Shown one piece after another: positions 25,064-40,281 of a DNA stretch of 64,000 bases. The stretch lies in assembly GCF_009914755.1 (NCBI RefSeq), contig NC_060928.1. One strand, 5' to 3'. The stretch's first letter is position 1, and the number at the start of each line of letters is the position of its first letter. The DNA comes from the human T2T-CHM13v2.0 reference genome, Homo sapiens. Position numbers and translations under genes: made by a program. The notes under the pieces were generated by a model. It ran no database searches and was not told the DNA's origin. It was given only the letters and a program-made list of their open reading frames with translations.

Positions 25064-25365
25064 TTTTTTTTTTGGAGGTAGGGGACAGGGTCTTGCTCTG
25101 TCATCTAGGCCGGAGTGCAGTGGTACAATAATGACTCAATGCAACCTTAACCTCCTGGGCCCAAGCAACTTACCCACCCCAGCAGTAGCTGGGAACTACA
25201 TGCATGTGCCACCACATGCCTGGCTAATTTTTAAATAATTTTTTAGTAGAGACGGGGTTTTTTCCATGTTGCCCAGGCTGGTCTTGACCTCCTGGGCTCA
25301 AGCGATCCTCCTTGCCTCAGCCTCCCAAAGTCCAGGATTATAGATGTGAGCCACTACAACAAGCC
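25064..25365 (-). mobile_element. AluJ
   Basis: Diverged antisense dimer. Confidence 0.9.
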
Positions 25366-25389
25366 ACAAACTCTTACATGTTTATTAAG

Positions 25390-25800
25390 TCTGTATTAGG
25401 ACTCTTTCCTTCAGAAAACAAGCACAAACTGGTGTGAGGAGAAAATGGAGGTGCTTATTGGCCTATGCTAGATCTAGCTGTGCTAGAAAACCAGGAAGCC
25501 CAAGTGCTTTGTCCTCAGGACTCAGTGTGTTTCCTGTGGCTTTTTCCATATGCCCCTGGTAGCTTTAAGGTGGTTCCAGCATAGGTCCGGGTTCCATTCC
25601 ATCCCTTCCACCAAGCATATCTGAATGAACTTTCACAAAAGGGCGTAATTTCAGAATCAAACTGTGTAATTGGAAACTTGATGCTCTACTGGCACTGATC
25701 AAAGGGTGTCCTAGTTTGAGTGGAGAGGGATGGTTCCCCGATGAAAAAGTTTGTTCTGTTATCAGAAAAGTGGGGACATGGATGCTGAGTGACAAAAGCC
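25390..25800. mobile_element. Old MLT1 LTR fragment
   Basis: ttaggactcttt...ttattggc start and ggatgctgagtgacaaaa end motifs. Confidence 0.45.
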
Positions 25801-26399
25801 AACTTGCAACATAGACCTGGTTCATAAGGGCTCCTCATCCTTAATCTTTCGAGTAATACGTTTGTCACTCTTTCTCTTCACTTGCCAGTGAACATTGACC
25901 AGAGTGTCCTTTAGTTACTGTTTCCCGCTCCACTAGACTGTGAGCTCCTTGAAATCGAGGATTCATCCCTTCACGTCAACAGCATTAACACAGATGTTTT
26001 ACCAGGAATCTTGCTATGTATTAGGTATGCAAAGATAAACCAGATTGGAACCTGTTCTCTTAAGGTGCTTATCTTGATGAGGGACTTGGGTCATAAATGT
26101 GATTTAAGTACTCTAGTGTACTTGTGGGACTTCATACCTGGACACTTCATTTTATAAAGATTTAAATTTTTAGATCCAGTATGAATTTCTATGTGAGATA
26201 TTGTTGTGTGTTTTATTTCCTTGTTTTGATTTTTTTTAGAAGCAAGCTTTTAATATTATTACCATGTGCCTTTAAACACCTAAAGGAAGCTAATGAACTA
26301 TTTGTTGAAGCCTCCACTAGACAAATGTACAGAAATGGAAGTGGGGTGATGGTTTTTATTGTTTGATTTTTGCCTTTGTCATGGTAGGAAGCTTATTTT

Positions 26400-26540
26400 T
26401 TAAAAATTTTACCTTTTATGAGCTTTACTGGAGTATAATTTTATATGCAATAAAATGTACCAATTTTTACTGCACAATTGAGTTGTGACAAGTGTATAGT
26501 CATGTGACCACCTCTGAAACTCATTATTTAGAACATTAGC
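26400..26540 (-). mobile_element. Old L1M 3'-end fragment
   Basis: agctttactggagtataatttt...caataaaatgtaccaattttt. Confidence 0.6.
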
Positions 26541-26598
26541 TGATTTTTATAAGCAATACACAACATGAATGTACTTTCTCATTTAAGTAACAGTAGCT

Positions 26599-26893
26599 GG
26601 TTGGGTGTGGTGGCTCATGCTTGTAAATCCCAGCACTTTGAGAGGCCTAGGCGGGTGGATCACTTGATCCTAGGAGTTCAAGGCTAGCTTGGGCAACATG
26701 TAGAAACCCCAACTCTACAAAAAATAAAAAAAATTAGCTGGGTGTGGTGGCATGCACCTGTGGTCCCAGCTACTCAGGAGGCTGAGGTAGAAGGATGGCT
26801 TGAGCCCAGAGGCAAAGCTTGCAGTGAGCCATGATTGTGCCATTGCACTCCAGCCTGGGCAACAGAACAAGACCTTGTCTCCAAAAAGTAAAA
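26599..26893 (+). mobile_element. AluJ
   Basis: Full dimer; TSD taacagtagc. Confidence 0.93.
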
Positions 26894-27519
26894 ATACGTA
26901 ACAGTAGCACATGAAAATGACTTAAAATGAATTCAGAAGGTTGAACTCACCAGCATTAACAACCTACAGATAAGAATATGCTGCATAGTTTTCTTCTGGA
27001 TCAAAACATGTATTTTCCTTCTGTATACAAGCTGAGGTATATAATTAGTTCATATGAACTATAGAGTTGGAATATGTGTTTCAAGAGGTTCGGTTTTTGT
27101 ATGCCGCAAAGCGCTAGTTTATGAAAGGAAGAGAATGATTGTACTGATATTTGATAAGTGAATAAACTACTTACTTGTATCCTGTCTGAAAATGTGTCTG
27201 GCAGTGACCATGGAAACGTGGCCTCAGGGAGTCCCCTCTGGAGGGTCAGAAATAGCAAGAGGGTAATAGAGAGGCTGTCTGGTTACTGCCAGCAGGTGTT
27301 GAGAAAAGCTTGCAGTAATCATGGGTAAAACTCTTGAGACATCCATGGGAGTAGCTTATGGTGGGCATTGTACATCAATAAGATTGGGATTTCTGAGTTT
27401 TTACCCTAGGAGCAATGGGAAGAGGGCAGACGCAAGACTGCACAAATGGGTGGATAGGGGTACATTGAGGAAAACGGGAAGCCTACAGGAAGGTTGGAAA
27501 CATGGGAATTGATGTCATG

Positions 27520-27990
27520 AATGAAGTAATCTGTACAGATGTAAAGCAGGAAGGAAGAAGGGGCTAGGACTGAGCCTTGAAGAATTCCACTAGTAATGGC
27601 CAGAGGGAGGAAGCTAGGTGGGAGAGGAGTGGCCTGGGTAGTCAGGAAAGACAGATGAATGTGAGGTAAAAGTCAAGGGAAAAGAGTCTTTTAGGAAGGA
27701 GGTAAATGGAGAAATTCTGCCAAGCGGTCGTTGTAAGGTGAGAACTGAGACCCACCCGTTGGACTTGACCTAAGTGGAGGTTGCTGGTGATTAGGAACCT
27801 CTGCGAAGGATGATGGTGCAAAAGCCGTGTTAGATGTTTGTTGAGGTGGGACAAACTTCAGAAATATCTAAATGTTATTATAAATGATCCCATCAAGAAG
27901 TAAAAACTGACAAGATCCTGAGAAGGCAGGAGAAGGTGGATTTCAGACCTCACTGCAGGGAGGACACACTGACCCTGTGTAATAAGAAGG
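27520..27990 (-). mobile_element. L2 fragment
   Basis: gggctaggactgagccttgaagaattcc...ggaggttgctggtga. Confidence 0.55.
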
Positions 27991-28015
27991 AAGGTGTAAA
28001 GAGCAGGGATGTAGG

Positions 28016-28137
28016 GGCTGGACGTTGTGGCTCACGCCTATAATCTTAGCACTTTTTGAGGCTGAGGTGGGTGGCTTGCTTGATCCCAGGAGTTAAAAAC
28101 CAGATGGGGCAACATAGTGAGGCCGTCTCTACCAAAA

Positions 28138-28172
<35 letters not shown>

Positions 28173-28316
28173 ATAGCCGGGCATGGTGGCACATGCCTGT
28201 AGTTCCAGCTACTCTGAAGCCTGAGGTGGGAGATCAGTTAAGCCCCGAGGTTGAGGCTGCAGTGAGCTATGATCATGCCATTGCACCTGCAGCCTCGACA
28301 ATAGACTGAGGCTCTG
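28016..28316 (+). mobile_element. AluJ with (TAAA)n linker
   Basis: Diverged dimer. Confidence 0.9.
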
Positions 28317-28391
28317 ACACACATGCACACACATACACACATGTCCACACACCAAAAGAATATGTTGTATATAGGTTTTAGGGAGTAACTA

Positions 28392-28393
28392 TT

Positions 28394-28432
<39 letters not shown>

Positions 28433-28712
28433 TTTTTTGAGACAGAGTCTTGCTCTGCTACCCAGGCTGGAGTGCAGTGGTGTGATCACTGCAGTCTTGA
28501 CCTCCTGGGGTCAAGCAATCCTCCCACCACAGTCTTCCAAGTAGCTGAGGCCACCGATGTGCGCCACCTGCTTGGCTAATTTATTTATTTTTTGTAGAGA
28601 CAAGGTCTTGCTATGTTACCCAGGCAGATCTCGAACTCCTGGACTCAAGTAATCTGCCTTCCTCAGCCTCCCAAAGTGCTGGGATTACAGGCTTGAACCA
28701 CTGCGCACAGCC
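28392..28712 (-). mobile_element. AluJ with (TTTA)n tail
   Basis: TSD ggagtWactatttt. Confidence 0.93.
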
Positions 28713-28928
28713 AGGAGTTACTATTTTCTAGTGTGTATGTATCAGTCCAAACTCAAACACCGTGATGGAAAATACATTTCTGCGTTAGCTGGTTTAGTGT
28801 TTCTCACCTGTTTTTTTTTTTTTTTGTTACTGTCCTTTAAGGAGGAAAATTAAATTTAAATGAGTTATATTTATTACTAAAAATCTTTTTAAAATTTTTT
28901 AAAATTTTACATTTTTGAGATTATGAAT

Positions 28929-29571
28929 TTTCTTTGTTTTTGAGACAAGGTCTTGCCCTGTCACCCAGGCCAGAGTGCAGTGGCATGATCTCAGCTCACT
29001 GCAGCCTTAACCTCCCAGGCTCAAGCAATCCTCACACCTCAGCTCCCACCACCCTCTTCTCTGAGTATCTGGGACTACAAACATGTGCCACTATGCCCAG
29101 CTAAATTTTGTATTTTTTGTAGAGATGGTTTTTTTGTTTGTTTGTTTGTTTGTTTGTTTGTTTGTTTGTTTTTGAGCTGGAGTCTCTCTCTCTTGTTCAG
29201 GCTGGAGTGCAGTGGTGTGATCTCGGCTCACTGCAGCCTCCACTTCCCGGGTTCAGGTGATTCTCATGCCTCAACCTCCCCAGTAGCTAGGCTTATAGGC
29301 ATGTACCACCATGCCCAGCAAATTTTTGAACTTTTATTAGAGACCGGGTTTCACCACGTTGGCCAGGCTGGTCTTGAACTTCTGACCTCAAGTGATCCGC
29401 CTGCCATGGCCTTGCAAAGTCCTGGGATTACAGGCATGAGCTACCGCTCCTGGCAGAGATGGAGTTTTGCCATGTTTCCGGACTGGTCTTGAACTCTCTG
29501 AGCTCAAGTGATCTGCCTGCCTCAGCCTCCCACAGTGCTGGGATTATAGGCATGAGCTGCCGTGCCTGGCC
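28929..29571 (-). mobile_element. AluJ split by a nested Alu
   Basis: Right arm 28929-29128, left arm 29455-29571. Confidence 0.9.
29129..29454 (-). mobile_element. AluS nested in AluJ, (TTTG)n tail
   Basis: TSD agagatgg on both sides. Confidence 0.92.
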
Positions 29572-29667
29572 CAGAATCTTTTAATTTTATTCTAACGAGA
29601 TAAATAGTAAGGGTTGAACTTTGGAGGGCCACAAATCATTGTAATATCTACGATGTTTAGCTCCCTT

Positions 29668-30058
29668 TATTGTTAATTTGCTAAGGCCACCATAATAAAA
29701 TACTACATACTGGGTGGCTTAAACAACATAAATCTATTTTCTCACAGTTCTGGAGATGAGAAGAAGTTCAAGATAAAGGTGTCAGCAGGTTTGATTTCTC
29801 CGGAGGCACCTCCCCCTTTTGGCTGTGTGTTCACATGACTTTTCCTCTATGCATGCACACCCTGGCATCTGTGTGTGTCCACATTTTCTTCTCTTATAAG
29901 GACACTGGTCACATTGGATTATGGCCTACTCATATGACCTCATTTAACCCTAATTACCTTTTTAAAGACTGTGTCTCTAAATACAGTCACATTCTGCTGT
30001 CCTAGAGGGTAGGGCTTCAACATATGAATTTTAGGGGGATATAATTCAGTCTATAACA
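29668..30058 (-). mobile_element. MLT1A/B solo LTR
   Basis: ctgggtggcttaaacaac...ctcacagttctggag...aattcagtctataaca. Confidence 0.85.
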
Positions 30059-30457
30059 CCTCCCAATAAGTTATTTTTGCCTCCCCTCCACCACAGAGGC
30101 ACACTGCCCCTTTGAGAATGCATGAGCTAATTGATAAAGGTTACTCTCTATTTTGCTTACTGGATAGAGTACTGGGGATGTAAAGTTGCATTCCTCTATT
30201 GAGCACCTAATATATGTTGGGTACCATACCAGTCTCTGGGAATATAAATGTCTCGAAGGAATTCTTCAATATGTAAACTAAAATGTTGTAATACAATGAT
30301 AAATATAACAGACTGAGATGTTCATTAACTGTTTCTTGAATGAATAACTGAAATAGTAGTGATTAATTCTGCTGAAAGTAGTTAGAAAAAACTGCACAGG
30401 AAAGGTGGCATTTGTTGGAGGTGGATGAATTGGATTTTTGAATATAGAGCTGTGGTT

Positions 30458-30522
30458 GGGCCACTGCACTCCAGCTGAGGTGACAGTGAGACACCATCTC
30501 AAAAAAGAAAAGAAAAAAGAAA
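30458..30522 (+). mobile_element. Alu 3'-end fragment
   Basis: gccactgcactccagc...catctcaaaaaagaaaag. Confidence 0.8.
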
Positions 30523-31635
30523 GAAATGCAAGCAGAAAAACAACCCAAGGTTCCTCAGGCATGGAGGAATGAAAATGCAGGGCTTACTGGAAGAATCATG
30601 AATAGCGTAGTATTTAGAAACCTTAGGGAGTATGTTGAGAAGAAGAAATAGTGAGATGTGGAGCCAGTTTCTGAAGGATGTTGAATACGATTTTGCTGAG
30701 GGATTTGAATTTTTTTCTTTGAGCAATGAGGAATTAACAAAGTGAGCAGGAGTGTGACACTCCAGGAGTCCATGTCAGATTCTTATATTGTGCCCTCCGG
30801 AAGGACAGACACCACATCAAAGGGAGTGCCATTCACATCCTAGACATGAGCTAACATGAGAGTGGCTGGTGTAGAGATTTCAGGCTTCACAGTTGAATCC
30901 TGGAGCTGCAGAAGAGAACTCTTCCTTCATGAATTCCACCAGCCCACCCTCTATGCACATACACACACCACTTTATGGTACACATACATGTGTCTGCTGC
31001 ACCATTGCATCTGCCTCCTGGATGTCCCCAAAGGTGGCTTCTCTTGTCACTTCTTCTCTGCCACTCTTAGGTTCCTAATCCCTGTCTCTCACCCACTTTG
31101 AAACCTGACACAGTCACCTTTCCTAGGCATGGGCCAATTAAATGTACGTGCTTACAGCACACGTGCCCTGGCATGTGGTGGGGGTGTAGTGAAAAGCTGA
31201 GAGTGTGGGCTTCTCTTTATGAAGGTAAAGCTGTAACATTTGACCTCTTCTTTGAGCAGGGCTTTCATGATGTGCAGTAATATCATAATTAAAATCTTCA
31301 TTGACGAAGAGAAGCCTTTCCCAATTTGCACGAAGGTAAATTGAATTGGTCATGACAGTGAAAGTGATATGATCAGAAAAGTATTTTTAGAAAAATAATC
31401 CTAGTGGCAAAATGGAATTTGGATTAGATGGGAGTTGGGACAGTGAGAGGGGAGGTGGTCGAGAGAACACGTTTTCATATGTTCCGCTTTGCTAGAACAG
31501 GAATCCCTGGGCACGTGACTTAGGAATGAGGGAAACGTAAAAAATACAATGATCCAGCATATAAAAGGTAATAAGCAAGTGTGACTTCCTTTTCCTTCTT
31601 CTTTACTCTTTTGTTTGCAGACCCTCTTTGATGAC

Positions 31636-31957
31636 TTTTTTTTTTTTAATTTTTATTATTTTTGTGTGTGTGTGTGAGACGGGGTCTTAGTCTGTCGTCC
31701 AGGGTGGAGTGCAGTGGTGTGATCGCTGCTCACTGCAGCCTTGACCTCCCAGGCTTAAGTGGTTTTCCCATCTCAGCCTCTTTAAGTAGCTGGGACTACA
31801 GACATGTGCTACCACATGCCTGGCTAACTTGTGTACTTTTTGTAGAGTCAAGATTTCACCACGTTGCCCAGGCTGGTCTCCAACTCCTGAGCTCAAGCAA
31901 TCCACCTGCCTCGGCCTCCCAGAGTGCTGAGACTGCAAGTGTGAGCCACCATGCCCG
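31636..31957 (-). mobile_element. AluJ with (TG)7 in tail
   Basis: TSD tttgatgact. Confidence 0.93.
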
Positions 31958-33626
31958 ATTTTGATGACTCCTTGTGGAGAGTGCTTTAAGAGCAGCATTT
32001 TTGTCCCCTGAGAGTTACATGTTTGTTATTTTGCAGCTTTTAGGATTTAATTTACTTTCAGTATTCAAGCACCATGTTGATCAGGAGGTCCCAAGGATGC
32101 CAGTGAAGTTTATCTGTATATTTTGAGATTGTTGTTGTCCCTGGGCAATTAAAAACCCAAAACTCAAGGAAGTTAAATAACTTGTTCAAGCTTCTACAAG
32201 GTTATTGTATGGCTGAGGAAATGGCAGTATTAAATAGCTAAATGACTTGTTTTGTTTCACAGTAAATTGGGATAGAGCCAAGATTTGTAATCATTACTGT
32301 GTTCCGCTAAGACTCCAAAGTTGAGAAAGGCACTAATTGGGTAGACTGTCCCATCCAACCATCAGGTTCATTCCTGTTGGACTCTGTTCTGAGAGAAGGA
32401 AAAGAAAGGGCCTCTTTGCTCCGGATATTTGGAAACATTTGTGTTATTGGGTCATGGATAGGAAACAGCCTCAGAAATCCTCTGCCCCAGTGCCTCCATG
32501 TTATTGGTGAGATAATTAAAGCTCCAGAGAGGCTGTGACTTAAATGACACAGATGTTTGGTGACAGGAAGCAGGACTCCTGATTCCAAATTTAATGTTTT
32601 TTCAATTAATAATATAATCTGTCCCTGTAACTTAAAAAAACAAATATACAAAAACTCAAAGAGGTAAATTCATTTGTGTCAAAAAGAAATGACAAAAAGG
32701 AGTGAAACAATTTAAGGTAAACATCTGACTACTTTGTATGAACTTTAAAGTATATAGATTGTGAACAGGGACTGAAAGTTAGTCAATGAAGATATAGAAA
32801 ACTTACTTTCAGGGTAAGTGAGGAAGCATCTCTTTTGTGATGTAAATCAGAGTAGAATTGCCCAGATACAGGCTATCTTTTAACTCACAAGGGTCTTGTA
32901 AACCAGTAATAAATGTGTTTTCTATTTGCAGTTTCAACTAACCTCTATAAATTAGAAAAATAAATGGATACTGGTGAATCAGACACCTGCAGAGCTACTT
33001 GATAGGCCTTCCCTCAAGAGCCAGATACAAGTCTGTGTTTGTGTGTTCAGAGGGTAATATATCTAGGATGTGCATTACAAAGAGACAAAATACAAATTTT
33101 TTGGTTCCCAGAGGTCTAAGATGGTTCCCACTTCTTTAGATTATATCAGATAATTTATAAGACATGAGACTGATAAAAGACAATGTGACACCCCATAATT
33201 CAATACAGTAACTCACAGAAGATCTCTGGAATCAGTTTGGTTTTCTAATATATTAACAGTTTGTGAGGAAAGGAAGGAAGCCAGGTTATACACATTGAAA
33301 AGTATGCACAGATGCACCCAGAATCCACAGAGATGTGTTTCCATTTGTAAGTATTTTATTACATTGGCAAATTACAAAGGGCTGGGAAAGTGGGAGATGA
33401 GAGATTGCAATTTGTGAAACTATTATTTTAGGGCTGAATTGTCCAGGGAACTTCAATGTGAAAGAAAATAATAAGACATTTTGTGTGATGTCTGTGTCTG
33501 ACTTCTTACCTTTATAGAGGGGTGTTGCTTCAAGGTTGTATCTTGTAACCTTACTGCTAGGGGCTTATGGCTTTGTAGTTCTTCCCAGGATTGGTCAGAC
33601 CTCAGCAGAGTCATGAACATTTCTGA

Positions 33627-33973
<347 letters not shown>

Positions 33974-34264
33974 CTGATTTATTTTTAATACATTAAAGTT
34001 GAGTTATTAGGGACAGAGGAGAAACTTTAGACCCTCTGCTCTTCAAGTATTGGGATTTAGGGCCAACTTTATTAAGTAGTATTATCTTCCATATATATTT
34101 GTATAACTTTCCTCATAAAATTTCCATCCCATGTTGTGAAAGATCAGAATGTTAATTTTAGTTAACCTAATAAATATCTAGATATTTTAAATTAATTTAT
34201 TGAATGTAATTTCAAATTAAATGTATGTCTTAATTATGTTTCTGAGCTTTTTCTAAGTCTTCTA

Positions 34265-34412
34265 TTTTTTTTAATTTTTAAATTTTTTTATTTTATAGAG
34301 ATGCACTCTCACTCTGTGGCCCAGGCTGGTCTCAAACTCCTAGACTCAACTGATCCTCCTGCCTCAGCCTCCCAAAGTGCTGGGATTTTAGGCATGAGCA
34401 CTGTGCCCAGCC
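34265..34412 (-). mobile_element. FLAM
   Basis: Monomer; TSD ctaagtcttctatttt. Confidence 0.9.
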
Positions 34413-34701
34413 TAAGTCTTCTATTTTAAAGGCCTTCCTTGCTGTACGTACTCTTTGCTTCCTGGGACATTGATAAGTTTAACCTAGAAGTAGCTGCAAC
34501 ATAGAGGACAATAACTCAGACCCACATTTGACAGATCTTCTCTTTTCACTCACTTATTCTGCCTCCTGGCCTTATCATTTAGCTTACTATTTAATATGAC
34601 ATTAGAATTGTCTAACGAATTGTTGGTACTGAGAATTGACTGTGACTGCGCAACACATCTTTCTTTCTTCCAAAATTGGCAAAACGACAGTTGGTTAATC
34701 A

Positions 34702-35091
<390 letters not shown>

Positions 35092-35582
35092 TCATTCATT
35101 CCCTTTTTTCTTCAATAACTACTACATTATAGAGGAGTTCAAAGCCCAGGATCCTTGCCCAACCGCCACCCCATGGTGTGTGATTTCATTATATAACTTA
35201 ATCTCTCTGAGCCCATTTCCTTGTCTATACTATGAAGAAAATTATAGAGCTCAGTTGTCTGAATTAAATAAGATACTATCTAGAAAATATTCTCTCTGGC
35301 TTTAGAACTCAGTAAGAACTCAGTAAACATTAGTTATTAAGCAGTTACTATATTGTGCAGGCATGCTCAAGATTATATGTTTTAGGCACTTAATTTGTAT
35401 CACATTTTTCAATTTCTAAAAGCTGCTGTCTTGCATTGTCATTTGGACCTCAAGAAAATGAATGATTATGATTGAGATGAAGAGTCACCAAAGTTCTTAC
35501 CAATTTTAGGAAGTTAGTTATTTTATTTATAATTATTTTCTACTTTCCATGGTTAAGGACAGTACCAACCCTTTGCAACATC

Positions 35583-35712
35583 TGTTTTGCTTTTTGTTTT
35601 GTAGAGCTGTGATCTCACTATGTTGACCAGGCTGGTCTCAAACTCCTGGCCCATCCTCCTGCCTTGGCCTCTGAAAGTGCTGGAATTATAGGCATAAGCC
35701 ACTGCACCAGCC
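35583..35712 (-). mobile_element. FLAM
   Basis: Monomer. Confidence 0.85.
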
Positions 35713-35819
35713 TAACACAGCCCATTTTATTTCTGACATTTCCTTATGGTTTTTAGGCCAGCAATATAAAGTTGACCCTCAGTTTTCCTTGGAAGTTAGA
35801 GTATAATGTCTGTCTCTTT

Positions 35820-35985
35820 AAGACAGTTGATTTTAACCCCAGCTGCTAATTAGGATGACCTTGGAGAGACTTTGGCTGTTACTGATGAAATACAGATGCC
35901 TGGCCCCATGCCCCAGAGTCTGATTAAGTGGTCTGGGTTGGGCCTGTGGCATCAGCATTTTTGAACTGTGCAGCCACTGCTCTAA
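35820..35985. mobile_element. MER5A-like relic
   Basis: aaatacagatgcctggcccc...ctgattaagtggtctggg. Confidence 0.6.
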
Positions 35986-36146
35986 GGAATATTTTCAGTT
36001 TACTTACTTACCCCCCTACCCCCATACCCTACTCCCAAATTAAAAGCCTATAGCTCATCAGCAAATTGCAACAATTCCAGATAGTCTATAGATTAACAGC
36101 TGTTAATTTGTAGATAAATGAATTAGCTAAGTACATATATTGTTTA

Positions 36147-36468
<322 letters not shown>

Positions 36469-37387
36469 TTATTAGTACAGATTAACCATAACATATCTCC
36501 TGGAGTACTAAAAATTCATTTGGAGTTGCAATATCATTGTATAGGGTGAAACAAAAATTATCTTGATTCTTGTCACACTGTAAGACCCTTACTGTTCTCC
36601 TTTTAAAGATTTTGAGCACACCAATTTATGACAACACTTGTTTTGGTTTACATGAGTAATCTCTGATTTTGTAGTGAATAAATGGGTTTAACCATCCTGA
36701 GACAAATTCATTCATAATCTTTAGAGAAGATTCCCTGAGGGCATGAACATTCCATATGCCTGTAATGATGGAATATACCTTCGGGAGAGGAACTTCCTTG
36801 TTTAAAAACACTTTTAACAACTGCTGAGGACTATGGGTGTTGTGATTAAATTAAAGTGGTCATTGAGCTGTGGAGTGTTTAATTCTGTGGTTTCTTCTGA
36901 TCTTTGTCTGCCTTTGAGTACACCAGCACTGTTTCTGTTCTATAGATCTGGCAGCTGTTAGAAATGCCATGCGTGTTTGCTAAGAATTGGGTGGTAATTT
37001 TATATACAATAACTGCTGATTGGGTTGCCCAGGGTTGAGTTTTTTTTTTGATTTGTCTTCCCACATGAAGTTGGTTAGATTGGAAAATTTGCTCCAATTG
37101 CTAAAGATTGCTTTTAAATGTGCAGCATATTAGCCACAGTTGTTGCCATAAGCAGCTGCATGCTGCATATTAGCTTGAATACACAATAAACATTTTATGG
37201 TTGGAATAGTGAATATCGCTGGAGGAGAGAACCTATTTCAAAGAGAACATAAATTGGCCTATAAAAAAGTAAGCAGAAACCTTAAACCTTAGATTGTTAG
37301 GTTTGTGAGTCCTCTGCTTAGAACTGATGGAAGGGCTACCTTGTTACATTTACAGTGTTACCTAGGTTCATTTTAATTGTTTCACCT

Positions 37388-37762
37388 GATGCTGTGGTTT
37401 GAATGTGTCCCCCAAAAGTTCATGTGTTGGAAACTTAATCCCCAGTGCAACAGTGTTGAAAGGTAGAGCCTAATAAGATCTGATTGGATAATGAGGGCAG
37501 AGCCCTCATGAATGGACTGTCATTGTTATGGGAGTAGGTGAGTTATGAGAGTGAGTTGTTATAAAGTGAGTCTGGCGCCTGGTGCCTCTGTCTTGTGTGT
37601 TCACTTCCACCTTCCCCCTTCAACTGTGGGATGACCATCTGTAGACACCAGTGCCAAGCCCTTGGACTTCCCAGCTTCCAGAACCGTGAGAAATAAATTT
37701 CTTTTCTTTATAAACTACCCAGACTGTGGTGTTCTATTGTAGTCACACAAAACTAAGAAGAC
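37388..37762 (+). mobile_element. MST-family (ERVL-MaLR) solo LTR
   Basis: tgtggtttgaatgtgtcccccaaaagttcatgtgttggaaacttaatcccc...agaaataaatttcttttctttataaactaccc. Confidence 0.85.
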
Positions 37763-37850
37763 ACCAGGTGTCCGAGTTTGGATTCTAATCATTTAATGGA
37801 GGTAATTTAGATATTAATACCAACACAGAAGTTATTTAAAAATCTAACAC

Positions 37851-38168
<318 letters not shown>

Positions 38169-39229
38169 CTACTTGTCCCCAGCATTCTTCATTACTTGTG
38201 AAATTGCGAGTATATCCTTGTTGTTTTATCTTTGAAGGGGTGAAGTTCTGGGAGCTGCCTTGTGTGATGAGTACACATTTTCCTGTTTTCTTTGTGTGAC
38301 AAATGACTACCTAAGATGCAAATGTTAATGCATAATTTATCTGAGTTTGTAATTAGAGCAAGGCACTCCAAGCAGTGATTAAGTCCTTTTTGTTCATGCA
38401 ATCTTTGTGCACTGTCATGAAGAGGTGGGTGCTTGCTGGGCTGATTGCTGGTCCTTTTCTGATTAGGAGACAACGCTCAAAAAGCAGCACTTCTGACTTT
38501 TTTCAGATCCTTCTGAATGGCAGGGAGCCTTGCCTCCTTTTCAGAGATCTTCCTTGTCTTAAGGATAAGTGGTGGGCGGGACACTGCCTAATGATAACTA
38601 TGATCATGTAAAATAGCCACTGATTAAAGAGTAGTTCACTGGGCCCGCCTGGGTGCATTATTCTCATTGGGAGGCACTTACTGGGGTGGGGTCGAGGTAA
38701 TTCTCTTTGATATTCAGGAGATAAATTGTACTCATCAGAACCCCATCAGTTAGTTAAAGGCAGTTTAGAATGTGCTTTCCTGATTTTAAGAGGGAAAAAT
38801 GCCAAAAAAAAAATATCTGTTTCAATTGGAAGGAGGAGAGAGAAAAGCCATCTCGGAAGCCTGGCAGCAGGCCTGCAGAGAAGCAGCTCTTTGGGCTGTT
38901 GCAGTAGTTATGTCCTTGTCTTATGAAGGACAGACTGTTTGTGACTACACAAGTGACTGCTAAAGAGACTTTTCATATTCATGGAAGGTTTCCTGTGAAG
39001 TTGCAGGAGGAAATAGTTTGTATCTGCCCTTTGACTTTGCACCAGTGTCAGCCAGATCATACTACGGACCTCAATTTAGGCCTTAATAGAATTTAACTTT
39101 TGAGACTAAATCTCGTACTTGAGTAGGAAAGCTAGATCTTACCGTTATCCACACCTACCGGCAAAAAAGGGAGAGGGGCTCATTCAATGCAGTCCTACCA
39201 TTAGATTATTAGCTGACCAGGACAGGAAC

Positions 39230-40281
<1,052 letters not shown>

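Noticed and set aside
26951-26963. 13-nt antisense microexon (also a 33-nt one at 48561-48593)
   Set aside because: Motif pairs of this quality are expected by chance in 64 kb; no further support
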